Below are positions 20,132 through 31,100 of a stretch of 64,000 nucleotides of DNA, one piece after another. A program made the translations under genes and the position numbers. Below the pieces are notes generated by a model. The model was not told the DNA's origin and ran no database searches. It saw nothing but the letters and a program-made list of their open reading frames with translations. The stretch comes from an uncultured Acidobacteriota bacterium (GTDB lineage Bacteria; Acidobacteriota; Terriglobia; UBA7540). Position 1 is the stretch's first letter. Each line of letters starts with the position of its first letter. The stretch covers positions 896,001 to 960,000 of the forward strand of contig CAWDSK010000003.1 in the NCBI GenBank assembly GCA_963804995.1, read 5' to 3'.

Positions 20132-21505
20132 ATGAAACCCTATCGATGGTGCGGGGTGTTGCTCACTGTCATGGTGTTGGCAACGCACCCTGGGCGGGCA
20201 GATGAGCCCAAGCTACCGCGCGTGGAATTCACCGATCAGAAATTGGAAAACGGCCTGCGCGTGATTATTGCAGTCGATCGCACCGCCCCGGTCTTTGGCA
20301 TTTCGGTCACTTACAACGTGGGATCGCGCAACGAGCGGCCGGGCCGTACAGGTTTCGCGCATCTGTTCGAGCACATGATGTTCCAGGGTTCGGAGAACGT
20401 GGGCAAGGGCGAACACTTCATCCTCATCTTCAACAATGGTGGCAACATGAACGGCACCACCAACGAGGATCGCACCAACTATTTCGAGTCGCTGCCAAAG
20501 AATCAGTTGGACCTGGCGCTGTTTCTGGAAAGCGACCGCATGCGCTCCCTAGCCGTCAACCAATCCAATCTCAACAATCAGCGCAACGCGGTGCAGGAAG
20601 AGCGCCGGCTCGGTGAAGACAACCAGCCCTATGGCCACGCCTACCTGGATATCGATAACCTCGCTTACGACAACTTTGCCTACAAGCATTCCACGATCGG
20701 CGAGATGACTGACTTGAACGCGGCATCGGTAGCCGATGTGAAGGATTTCTTCCGCATCTACTACGCGCCGAACAATGCGGTGCTGACGCTGGTGGGCGAT
20801 CTTGACCCCGCCGAAGCTCTGGAAAAGGTGAGGAAGTATTTTGGCACCATCCCTTCCCAGCCTGCACCCCCACCCGTGGACATGACGGAACCACCTCACT
20901 ACGGCGAGCGGACGGAGACCATCATGGACCCGTTGGCCCGTACCCCGCTGGTGCTGATGGCGTATCACATTCCGGCCGGCAACACGCCGGACAACTACGC
21001 CATGCGCGTGCTGGCGAGTGTCCTCGCCCAGGGAGAGAGCTCGCGGCTCTATCAGCATTTGGTGAAGGAGAAGCAATTCGCCACGCGGGTCTTTGTGCAG
21101 GCCGATACCCGGCGCGGCCCGAGCCTGTTGTACCTATACGCCTTCCTGCGGCCGGGCGTGAAGCCGGCAGATTGCGAAAAGGTGTTCCAGGATGAGATCG
21201 CCTCCGTGCAGAAGGACGGCATTACGCCGCAGGAGCTCGAAAAGGCCCGCATCCAATTCCTGCGGCAACAGATTCAGAGCCGCCAGACGGATCTCGGCAC
21301 CGCCATGCAAATTGGGCAGTATACGGTTTACTTCGATGACCCGAACCTGATCAATACCATCGTGGACAAGTTTGATGCCGTAACCGCGGACCAAGTGAAA
21401 GAGGCAGCCCGGAAGTATTTGGTCCCGGAGCAACTCGCGGTGATCACGGATCTGCCAGCGGCGCGACAGGGCCAAGCGGCGCAAAAGCACGAGGAGGGAA
21501 AATAG
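20132..21505 (+). CDS. M16 zinc peptidase, catalytic subunit, secreted
   Basis: HLFEH motif; NGTTNEDRTNY; VQEERR; signal peptide. Confidence 0.92.
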   Translation: MKPYRWCGVLLTVMVLATHPGRADEPKLPRVEFTDQKLENGLRVIIAVDRTAPVFGISVTYNVGSRNERPGRTGFAHLFEHMMFQGSENVGKGEHFILIFNNGGNMNGTTNEDRTNYFESLPKNQLDLALFLESDRMRSLAVNQSNLNNQRNAVQEERRLGEDNQPYGHAYLDIDNLAYDNFAYKHSTIGEMTDLNAASVADVKDFFRIYYAPNNAVLTLVGDLDPAEALEKVRKYFGTIPSQPAPPPVDMTEPPHYGERTETIMDPLARTPLVLMAYHIPAGNTPDNYAMRVLASVLAQGESSRLYQHLVKEKQFATRVFVQADTRRGPSLLYLYAFLRPGVKPADCEKVFQDEIASVQKDGITPQELEKARIQFLRQQIQSRQTDLGTAMQIGQYTVYFDDPNLINTIVDKFDAVTADQVKEAARKYLVPEQLAVITDLPAARQGQAAQKHEEGK

Positions 21506-21507
21506 TC

Positions 21508-22999
21508 ATGACAACCAAGCGTGAATTCTCGCTGTTCCTAACCCTGTTGGCCGCGCTGGCGGTGGCGTTGCCCGCCTTCGCGCAAGAACAGCACGAAGCT
21601 GAACTGTCCAAGGTGGTCCGCCTCAACCGCGCCCCCGTGAGCAACGAAGTCCTCGAGGTGCATCTGCCCCGGCCCGTGGTGACCAAGCTCCCGAACGGGC
21701 TGACGGTTCTGGTGATCGAGCGGCACAAGCTGCCCACGGTCAACTTCATGCTCTGGATTGGAGCTGGCGACATGTCTGATCCCCAGGAGATGCCGGGTCT
21801 CGCCAGCTTCACGGCTGAGATGCTTCGCGAGGGCACTGCGCATCGGACGAGCGCACAACTCTCGGCAGAGATCGACGCCCTCGGCGCTTCGCTCAATGCC
21901 TCTTCCGACTTCGGCTCCACCAATTCCTCCCTGTCGGCATCAGGTCTCGCGCCGAGTGCCGAGCACATTTTGGAATTGATGAGCGACGTCGTGCTGAATC
22001 CCACCTTCCCCGCCGACGAGCTGGAAAAGTACAAGCAGCGCCAGCTATCGGATCTCGAGCAGGTGCGGTCCCGCCCCGCGGAGCTGGCGCAAGAGAGGTT
22101 CCATCAGGCCCTCTACCGTGAGTTCCCTGCTGCGGTTACCTTGCCCACGCCGGAATCCATCAAGGCCGCCACGCCGGAGCGGTTGAAGGAATTCCATGAC
22201 CATTACTACGTTCCTGGCAACGCCATACTGGGCGTCGTCGGTAACGTCAAACAAGAAGAGATCATGGGACTCATCCGCAAGAGTTTCGGCGGTTGGAAAG
22301 GCCAGCCCGTAACCAAACAGGATTGGAGCCATCTGCCGCCGCCCGCTCCCGCCAAAATCTACCTCGTGGACCGGCCCGACTCCGTGCAGACGAACATCGT
22401 CGCTGGAGACTACGGGGCGCGGCGCACCGATCCGGACTACATCGCGCTTTATGTGATGAACCGGGTGCTCGGCGGTGGTCCGCAGGCGCGCCTGTTTCTG
22501 AACCTGCGTGAGGTGCACGGGTACACCTACGGCGCCTATAGCAGTGTGGGAGATGACAAGTACCGGGAAGCCTGGGCGGCCAACACGGAGGTGCGCAACG
22601 CCGTGACGGACGGCTCGCTCGAGCAGTTGATGCTGGAGTTCAAGCGCATCCGTGACGAGAAGGTGCTCGATACTGAACTGGACGAAGCGCGCCATTCGAT
22701 CGTGGCGAACTTCGCACTCTCTCGAGCAGCAACAGCAACTGCTGTCGCGCTGGATGCTGGTCGAGGACTATGGTCTACCCAAGGATTATTGGGACCGCTA
22801 CCCGGTGGAAGTGGCCCACACCACTGCGGACGCTGTGCAGGCCGCGGCCCGTAAGTACGTCGACCTCGAGCATCTGCAAATCGTTTGCGTGGGCGATGCC
22901 AAGCAGCCTGGGAACGATCAGAAGCAGGCCATCCGGGAAGTGCTGAAGAAGTATGGGACCGTGGAAGTTTACGATACGAATGGAAAGAAGGAGGAGTAA
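21508..22999 (+). CDS. M16 peptidase non-catalytic partner, frameshifted at ~22720
   Basis: No HxxEH; RLFLNLREVHGYTYG; adding CT in the ctctctcgag run gives FALSLEQ and joins ORF 22652-22999. Confidence 0.85.
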
Positions 23000-23193
23000 G
23001 GACGGGCCATGGTTTCAGCGCTGCTCACCAGTAAAGCAGAGGGCTCGCGGCGTCCGAGTTGCGTATATACCGCAAACCTGGACAGCCCCGAGCCCTTCCA
23101 GCCACTACGATCCTCTTGAGCAGCTTTACAACTTAGGAAATACTCCCGGCAATATACCCTCATCTGATTCTTGCCGGGAGCGTTAATTCCCCG

Positions 23194-24576
23194 CTAACTA
23201 ACCAGTTCGGCGGAGTACTTCTGAACTTTCACAAAAGCCTCAACGATGTCGTCCATATCCTTACGGGGTCCCGACAATACCCAGTGATTGAAACCCAGGT
23301 TCGTGTCGCAGTATTCGTCGTTGTGGGGGCACTTGTTCTGTTCGCGGTACTTATCCAAACGCTCTTTCGAATAGATCCTTTGGAAACCCCGTGAGTTGAA
23401 ATTGGCTTCCAGGTAGGGTTCGCGATTGATGGCCACCGAGTAATTGCTCGTGTGCACCCCTTCTAACGCCAGGGCGTGCGCAAACTGTTCGCGCGTGGCG
23501 CCACTGAAGTGCTTGGGGTCATAACGGAAGCCATACCACCAGTAGTTCTGGCGGGTGACCTCCGCGTAACGCTTCTGCGGGATAATGCCGGGCACGTTCT
23601 TCGCCAACTGTTCGTTCAGATACAGGGCATTCTTCTCACGCGTGAGGATGTTCTGGTCCAGCCGAGTTAACTGCGCCAACAGCAGGGCCGGAACCAGGTC
23701 GGAAATCCGGAATTTGGTGGCGCGGATATGACAGTTGTTCGGCCGGTGGTCGTTGGGATCCATACCGAAATTGCGATAACTATAGGCTTTGGCGATCAGG
23801 TCCTCGCGGTTGCTGATCATCATTCCGCCCTCACCGCCCGGCATCAGTTTGCTCTGGTTGAAACTGAAGCAGCCCATCACTCCCATGCTGCCGGCTTTCT
23901 TGCCTTTCCACTCCGCCCCGTGGGCCTGGCAAGCATCTTCGATTACCGGAATGTTGTGCTTCTTGCCGATGGCCAGAATCTTGTCCATATGGGAAACACC
24001 ACCAAAGATGTGAACCGGGATGATGGCGCGGGTGTTTTCGGTAATGCGATGCTCGATGTCCTCGGGGTCCATGTAAGCTGAGTCGAGTTCAGTATCCACA
24101 AACACCGGCAGCGCGTAGGTCATGAGCGTGGCGCAGGCGGTGGCCACGGCCGTCATGGGAGAGAGCAGGACTTCGTCGCCCGGGCCAACGCCCAAAAGCT
24201 CCAAAGACATGTTGAGGGTGTGCGTCCCACCCGTCGTCATCACCGCGCCGGTTGTTCCCATGTACTGGGCAAAAGCCTTTTCGAACTTGGGGCCAAATTC
24301 CCCATCGTAGCTGCACCAGTGGTTGCTCCTGACTGCCTTGAGGACATATTCCTCGTCAATAGCCGCCGATTGCGGCCAGGTCGGAAACGGCGTGGTGCGA
24401 ACCGCGGTGCCGCCCTTCAGAGCCAGGGCGTTGGGATTCCCGGTGACAGAGGGAGCACTATTCCTCGCGGGGCTGCCGCTTGCCGATGTAACTTTATGCG
24501 CGGCCACACCAGCGACCGCAAGACCTGCCGTCGTCTTTCCCAAGAACTCCCGTCGGGTCAAATCTTTGTTCTTCAT
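23194..24576 (-). CDS. DegT/DnrJ/EryC1/StrS PLP aminotransferase with Tat signal
   Basis: TRREFL; GPGDEV; IEDACQAHG; FSFNQSK..GEGG; GGAGG RBS. Confidence 0.9.
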   Translation of the reverse strand: MKNKDLTRREFLGKTTAGLAVAGVAAHKVTSASGSPARNSAPSVTGNPNALALKGGTAVRTTPFPTWPQSAAIDEEYVLKAVRSNHWCSYDGEFGPKFEKAFAQYMGTTGAVMTTGGTHTLNMSLELLGVGPGDEVLLSPMTAVATACATLMTYALPVFVDTELDSAYMDPEDIEHRITENTRAIIPVHIFGGVSHMDKILAIGKKHNIPVIEDACQAHGAEWKGKKAGSMGVMGCFSFNQSKLMPGGEGGMMISNREDLIAKAYSYRNFGMDPNDHRPNNCHIRATKFRISDLVPALLLAQLTRLDQNILTREKNALYLNEQLAKNVPGIIPQKRYAEVTRQNYWWYGFRYDPKHFSGATREQFAHALALEGVHTSNYSVAINREPYLEANFNSRGFQRIYSKERLDKYREQNKCPHNDEYCDTNLGFNHWVLSGPRKDMDDIVEAFVKVQKYSAELVS

Positions 24577-25299
24577 CTGAATCTCCTCCATTCGAGCGGC
24601 ACTCTGGGCCGCGGTTCCATGGCTTCATATTGGGGGATCATCCACTCAGGCGGGGCTGGGCTCCAACTATGCAATCCTTGCGTGTAAAGGCCTTGAAATG
24701 CCGCACCCTGGTGCAACGTCGCGAATCGTATTGGACCCTCAGTAGGCAAAAACGGTGAGCCGGCGAAACTTTCTGAATTATGTTGCGAGCAGCCATGTCC
24801 CCGAACAGAGACTGCTCCCTTGCTTTCCCTAAGTGGAATATCCACTACCAATTTTGATTTGGGGCACACCATGTGCCAAACTTTTACTCCAAGCCATCGC
24901 TTAAAACCAAAAGGTGAGAAGCTAGATTGCACGGCTAAGTTGCTTGTTTTCAATGGGAACACCCGTAGCTTACGGAATTCTTGTAAGGGAAGGCCGCAAG
25001 TTGGCAAAATCCTGGACTTAGCGGACCGGTCGCAGTCTGGCCAGTGTGTCGCCTCACGCAGCACCAAGCTTGCCCCGAACATGGAAGCATTTGTCCCCCA
25101 CACTTGGAGGAATCATAGACGAGACTCGCGGGTAGATCAGAAAGAGGACATTTAGTATACTGCGGGAAATGGTCGCATCGTTCCAACTTCTGTGATTAAT
25201 GTTGAAAGTGGGGCATTGCAGGGCTGTAGTATGTTGTAAAGGCTCTACCAACTCAGCCAGCGCGGCCAGGCCCAGGTGGCGCGCCTCCGGGAGGCAAGC

Positions 25300-25662
25300 A
25301 TGGCAACATCCCAGGTAGTGAAAGTACGGTTGAGCATTGGATTCTGGATTATCGCGATTCTTACCGCCCTCGTTACCTGGGGCGTGATGGGTATCTTCTT
25401 CTTTTGGGTGTCCCGCTCCTGGGTGGGATCTCTTGACGACGAGGGCCTGACCTTGCGTAATGGAAAGCGCTTCTTGTGGAAAGACCTGATCAGCGTGCGC
25501 GCGGTTGCGGTGCGCCACACCACCGGCATCCGCCTCACCGGCCGCGTGGAACTCAGTTTCTATACGGGCCCGAAAATACGCATCGTGCCCTTCTCAACCG
25601 GGAACAGCAATGAAGTGCTGGCATTTCTGAGTTCCCAAGTTGGATCCAAAGTAAGCGTCTAG
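25300..25662 (+). CDS. Small membrane protein, possible bacterial PH-like domain
   Basis: GGGAGG RBS; hydrophobic N-terminus then LDDEGLTLR..FLWKDL. Confidence 0.6.
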   Translation: MATSQVVKVRLSIGFWIIAILTALVTWGVMGIFFFWVSRSWVGSLDDEGLTLRNGKRFLWKDLISVRAVAVRHTTGIRLTGRVELSFYTGPKIRIVPFSTGNSNEVLAFLSSQVGSKVSV

Positions 25663-25664
25663 TG

Positions 25665-26385
25665 AGTCGGGAGATCGGGAGATCGGTTGATCCGGCGATC
25701 GGGTGATCGGCCGATTTGTGAATGGTGATTCGTGATTGGCGATTTTCGAAGTCGGCATTTGATTCATCTTCTCACCTGACACCGCCGATAACCGAAGCGG
25801 GGGAGTGTGGGCCGGCGGGGGCTGAGGATCGGGAGATCGGGTGATCTGGAGATCGGGTGATCGGGTCATTTGTGAATGGCGATTGGTGATTGTCGATTTT
25901 CGATGTCCGCATTTGATTCATCTTCTCACCTGAGGCCGCCGATAACCGATTTGGGGGAGTGTGGGGCGGCCGCGTCAGACAATCGGGTGATTTGATCATC
26001 GGTCCATGGCGAAAGTTCATAGCCCTCTCTCGGGGGAGAGGGTGGACCGCCGCCGGCGTACTCACCAGCCGGGGCGGGACGGGCCTACGCCCACCGAAGG
26101 GGCACTTGGAAACTGTAAACAACTTCGGCTCCGGCCCGCAGGCGGGTGAGGGGTCAAGCCGCTTGTCACGGGCCACTGAATTTGCCTCATCCCTGGCGTC
26201 GAACCCGCCGATAACCGAAGCGGGGGAGTGCGGGCTGCCGGGGGCTGAGGATCGGGAGATGCGGTGATCCGGAGATCGGGTGATCGAATGATAGGAGCAG
26301 CAAGTTACTGCCAGGCTCCGGTCGGCCGAATTGAGCTCATGTTCCTGTGCCGTCCATCCGATTACTGATGTGGGGAAGTGCGTCA
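25665..26385. repeat. Complex direct repeats: GATCGGGT/GAGATCGG octamer runs plus CCGATAACCGA-N-GGGGAGTG motif
   Basis: ~154-bp unit duplicated (motif at 25782 and 25936); further motif copies at 26205, 26358 and 27301. Confidence 0.85.
26021..26155. repeat. CCCTCTCCC/GGGTGAGGGG palindromic repeat copy with internal insertion
   Basis: Similar to 33479-33557, 45570-45640 and 45922-45995. Confidence 0.8.
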
Positions 26386-26649
26386 CGGCCGGGCGATTTT
26401 CGGTAGATGGGGTTCGTGGCTCGCCGCGGGGCTTCCGGGCCGTTGCGGTTTTCTGTCCCCGCCGTGACAACCGGTGGCCGAGGTAGGGGGCTGCGGCGGG
26501 TCGGTTGGGGCAGCGGGCCTCACCGCTTTTGACCTCCCGTCCAACGCCTGTCGCGCCTTCCAGCTTCGCTCCGAACATCACGTCACCCGTTCCTTTAAGC
26601 CCTCTTCTCGCCGGAGGGTTACTTCTTTCCTCGTCCCTGTCATCTTCAG

Positions 26650-27029
26650 TAACTCCATATATTTTCATGAACATATTGGCATACCGCCTATAACTAGTTT
26701 CTTTTCATCAACATCTTGGCCTGCCCCAAAACGGTCATTTTTTCTACATGTGTTTTCAACAACATATTGGCAGTTACCTTCATATTTCCCCCCCGCGTTT
26801 TTCGTGACCCTATTTCCACAGAAATCAATTAACTCTTCTTGTTTCAATTAGATGGATTTATGCCAAGTTTCCTCCCTCCATCGTTAAACCCTTTTATTTC
26901 TGTAACATATTGGCCTATTGCCCCGTGTAAGTTCCCGCAGATTCGATTACTCTTCTCTTTTCAATGAGATACATTTTGCAAGGTTTTGCTTCTTTTCCCT
27001 AACCCCTTTCCTTTCCGAGACATATTGGC
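26650..27029 (-). repeat. Array of 7 degenerate AT-rich ~28-bp motifs (minus strand ATGT-N3-TGAAAA-N7-8-GTTA)
   Basis: ACAT/AGAT cores at 26671, 26711, 26762, 26850, 26905, 26967, 27020; most followed by ATTGGC. Confidence 0.8.
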
Positions 27030-27070
27030 ATAGGGTCGTGAACCAACGTGATGCCGACGTGACGGAATCC

Positions 27071-28001
27071 ATCCCGATCCTATCGGGACGCCCACCTTGG
27101 GCGAGGTGAACTCGCCGTTACGCCCTCCATTTGACCACCACCTTCCGCCCGTCTGGGGAGCCTGATCGGGGGCAGGCTGGCGCATAGCGAGCTCAGCTAT
27201 GCGATCCACGTCAATCACCGCAGCCAGCGAATGATTCGTCCGTCTTGAGCATGCTTGATCCACACTAAATCGCAGGGCTGCGCTCGCCCTGCGCCAGCCC
27301 CCGATAACCGATACGGGGAAGTGTTCGGGGAGGGCTCTAAAGGTCGGCGCTGGTTCGCCCCGATTTATGGTGTAATCCGCGTATTTTCGGCCCACAATCC
27401 CGATCGATTGCCCTCCATAGTCGCAAAACTCGGGAATATTCTGCAAAAAGCCTGAACAATAGCCTGACAAATTGTCACCCTCTCCTGTGTTTTCATACAC
27501 ATCCCCGGAGGTTCCTTCATTTTTAACATCTCTACGGGTCAGTGCCTCTTCCCGGACGTTTGTCGGCGTGTTCGTGAAGCATGGCAGACCCCCGATCTTG
27601 GGGTCCGCGGTTCTTCGAGGGCTGCCTGGACACATCAGGGCGCTAATCTTCCTCACCTCTATTGTGCTCTTAGTCGACTGGCCTATGTCAATAGGCAATG
27701 TATGTGTTTGGGCTACCGGTAGCCCAAAAATGCAAGGCGGGCAGCAAATTGTCCGAAAAAAGGTGGCAGGGGCACTCTTGGCTGTGTCGATATGCTCGAA
27801 CATCGAGCCGCATTCACAGGCAGGAGTGCCTGTGCTACCGTGCGGGCTCGGCGCTACTTGTGCTGAGGATAGCCGCTTGTATCTACCCTGTGCTCTTCCA
27901 TGGGTCGAACCAACACGCCGAAAGCTGACGCGTAGTGATTCAATTTGGCGCCGTAGCGGCGAGTTTACCTCGCCATTGGCGGCGTCCCGATAAGGCCGGG
28001 A
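27071..28001. repeat. Two inverted ~51-bp REP-like elements (27071-27122 and 27952-28001)
   Basis: atcccgatcctatcgggacg..ggcgaggtgaactcgccgttacg versus cgtagcggcgagtttacctcgcc..cgtcccgataaggccgggac. Confidence 0.75.
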
Positions 28002-28148
28002 CAGGCTTCGCCGCCTCGATATGAAACTGAATCTCCACACAAATCATCGCTGGACATATTAATAAGTGCTAAGATAAACCCCGTCGAGAAGCTAGACTCT
28101 TGCCAGGCCAGTCAGTCAGCCACACCGCCACCCCGTGAGGAGGTGTGC

Positions 28149-31100
28149 ATGTTTCACACGCCTCGCGACTTCGGCGCCCGCAAGGCCCCTCTTAGCCCAC
28201 AGGCCGCCTGCGTCCTAATCGGATTAATGCTCGGGTTTCTGATATTGGAAACGAACCCGAACCTTCCAGGCAACCAGCCTTCATCACCGTCTGCTGCTTC
28301 CCCCACTCGCCTGGTGGCGAACTACGGAAAACTACCCTTGAGCTTTGAAGTTAACGAAGGGCAAACGGATCGAGCCGTGAAGTTCCTCTCGCGAGGAAGC
28401 GGCTATCGATTGTTTCTCACCGGCGATGAGGCAGTGCTGGCGCTGAACAAGTCGTCAGTTGTCAGTGGTCAGTCGTCAGTAGGAACGAAACTGAAGCCAG
28501 GAATCGGAGTTCGAGAGTCAATCGCCCAGCCTAGGCAGGGGACAACAGACCACCGACCGCGGACCACGACCAGCGTTCTGCGGATGCGCTTGGTGGGCGC
28601 GAATGCAGCCGCAAAGACGGTGGGCCAAGAGGAGCTGCCCGGCAAGGTCAACTATTTTCTCGGCAATGATCCCAAGAAGTGGCGAACGAACGTACCGACC
28701 TACGCGCAGGTGAAGTATCAGGACATTTATCCCAGCATTGACTTGGTTTATTACGGCAACGAGGGCGGACAATTGGAGTACGACTTTGTGGTTGCGCCGG
28801 GCGCAGACCCCGGAGCAATTCGGTTCGCTCTCAGCGGGGGGCTGGAAGTAGGGCAGTCGGCAGTAGGCAGCGGGATACCCGACCAGAAACTCAAAATCCA
28901 AGGTCTAACATCCAAAATCGAATCGACCGGCGACCTGGTGATCGAAACCGCTGGTCGAGACATACGCCTCCATATGCCGTTGGTGTATCAAAGCCCATCG
29001 GTGGGTGGGCAACGGACAACTGACAACGGACTACGGACAGTTGATTGCCATTACGTGCTTACGGCGTCAAACCAAATCCGCTTCGCACTAGGCGCTTACG
29101 ACCGCACCAAACCCCTGGTCATCGACCCTGTGCTTAGTTATTCGACCTACCTGGGCGGCAGCATTTTTGGCTATAGCAACGGCATCGCTGTCGACTCCTC
29201 CGGCAACGCCTACGTGACCGGATTTACCCTGTCGCCCGACTTTCCCACCGTCAACCCGTTACAGGCCACGTACGCTGGGTCCTTGAGCGGAGACAGTTAC
29301 GACGTTGGCGACGTAGTTATAACAAAATTGAACGCAACTGGTTCGGCATTGGTCTACTCCACCTACCTGGGCGGCAGTGGTAACGACACTGGCTACGGTA
29401 TTGCCGTCGATTCCTCCGGCAACGCCTATGTAACAGGCTATACCACGTCGCCCGACTTTCCTACCGTCAACCCCTTGCAGGCTACCTTAATTGAGGGCTC
29501 AGATGCGTTTGTGGCGAAGTTGAATACCACTGGCTCAGCCCTGGTCTACTCCACCTACCTGGGCGGCAGTCCCTTCGACACCGGCTACGGCATCGCCGCC
29601 GATTCCTCTGGCAACGCCTACGTGACGGGCCAGACCTACTCAACCGACTTCCCGACCGTGAACCCGTTGCAAGCGACTTTGCAGGGTAACAGTAACGCGT
29701 TTGTGACCAAGTTGAATGCAGTCGGCTCGGCGGTCTACTCAACCTACCTGGGCGGCGGTGGTGACCGGGGCAACGGCATCGCCGTCGATTCCTTCGGCAA
29801 CGCCTACGTGGTGGGAAGTACTATCTCAAGCGATTTCCCCACCGTTAACCCGCTGCAGGCGACTAACCTGGGGGGTACGGTTACAGTGTTTGTGGCCAAG
29901 TTGAATGCCACCGGCTCGGCCCTGGTGTATTCCACTTACCTGGGCGGCAGCATGCGTGACTATGGCAACGGCATCGCGGTCGACTCCTCCGGCAACGCCT
30001 ATGTGACGGGAGAAACTTTCTCAACCGACTTCCCAACCGTTAACCCAATTCAAGCCACTTGCGGTGCCCCTCACTTAGGCTGCGATGACGCGTTTGTGGC
30101 GAAGTTGAATGCCGCCGGCTCCGCCTTGGTCTACTCCACATTCCTGGGCGGCACTTCGGCTAATGGCGGCGGCAACCCCGGCCTCGGCGGCAACGCCTCC
30201 ATCAATGAGGGGGCCGGCATCGCCGTCGATTCCTCCGGCATTGCCTACGTGACGGGGTCCACTGTTTCGCTCACCTTCCCGATCGCTAGCCCGATCCAAG
30301 CCACGTGCGGTAGCTGCGAGGGCGTGTCGACCGCGTTTGTGGCGAAGTTGAATGCTGCTGGCTCGGCGCTGCTCTACTCCACCTACCTGGGCGGCAGCCT
30401 CAACGATCAGGGATTCGGAATCGCCGCCGACTCCGCTGGCAACGCCTATGTGACAGGTCTGGCCACGTCGACCAACTTCCCGGTTACGCCGGGAGCCTTC
30501 CAGCCCACGCTGCATTCGGGGGACTTGTGCGGAGGCGCTTACATTACCCCCTGTACCAGTGCCTTTGTGGCCAAGCTCTCACCCGCGCCGTATACAAACC
30601 TTTCCGGCAGTAGCTTGAGTTTCGGAAGTGTGCTTGTCGACGCAACGAGCCCCACACAAAGTGTGGTTTTGACCGCTGGCGGCGACGCTCAGTTGAACCT
30701 CACCAGCATTACCGCCAGTGGTGACTTTGCGCTCGTCACTACCGGCACCTCCTGCCCTTATGGGGGCGGGCCTATAGCATTCCAAGCCACGTGCACGATC
30801 GATGTCTCGTTCAAGCCGACGGCGACCGGAAATCGTACTGGCACGGCGACGATCACCGACAATGCCCCTGGTAGTCCCCACTTGATCCAATTGAGTGGTA
30901 CGGGGATTGTAAGTGCGCCCAATATTTCGCCTATGAGTTTGAGCTTTAGCGGCCAGTTGGTTGGAACCTCCAGCGCTTCCCAACCCGTTACCTTCACCAA
31001 CACCGGCCCGGTGGCGCTGAACATCAGCAGTCTGACGATCTCGGGCGGCTGGACGCAAAGCAATAATTGCCTGCCTTCCGTTGCCGCCAACGCGAGTTGC

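Noticed and set aside
24864..24878. Sigma54 promoter (minus strand TGGCAC-N7-GC)
   Set aside because: Only partial consensus, part of a palindrome, and about 290 bp from the next start
26650..27029. CRISPR array
   Set aside because: Repeats are degenerate, spacing is irregular (40-88 bp) and no cas genes are present
25772..28040. Long minus-strand ORFs (300 and 359 aa) as genes
   Set aside because: They read through palindromes and octamer runs, and equivalent repeat copies contain stops
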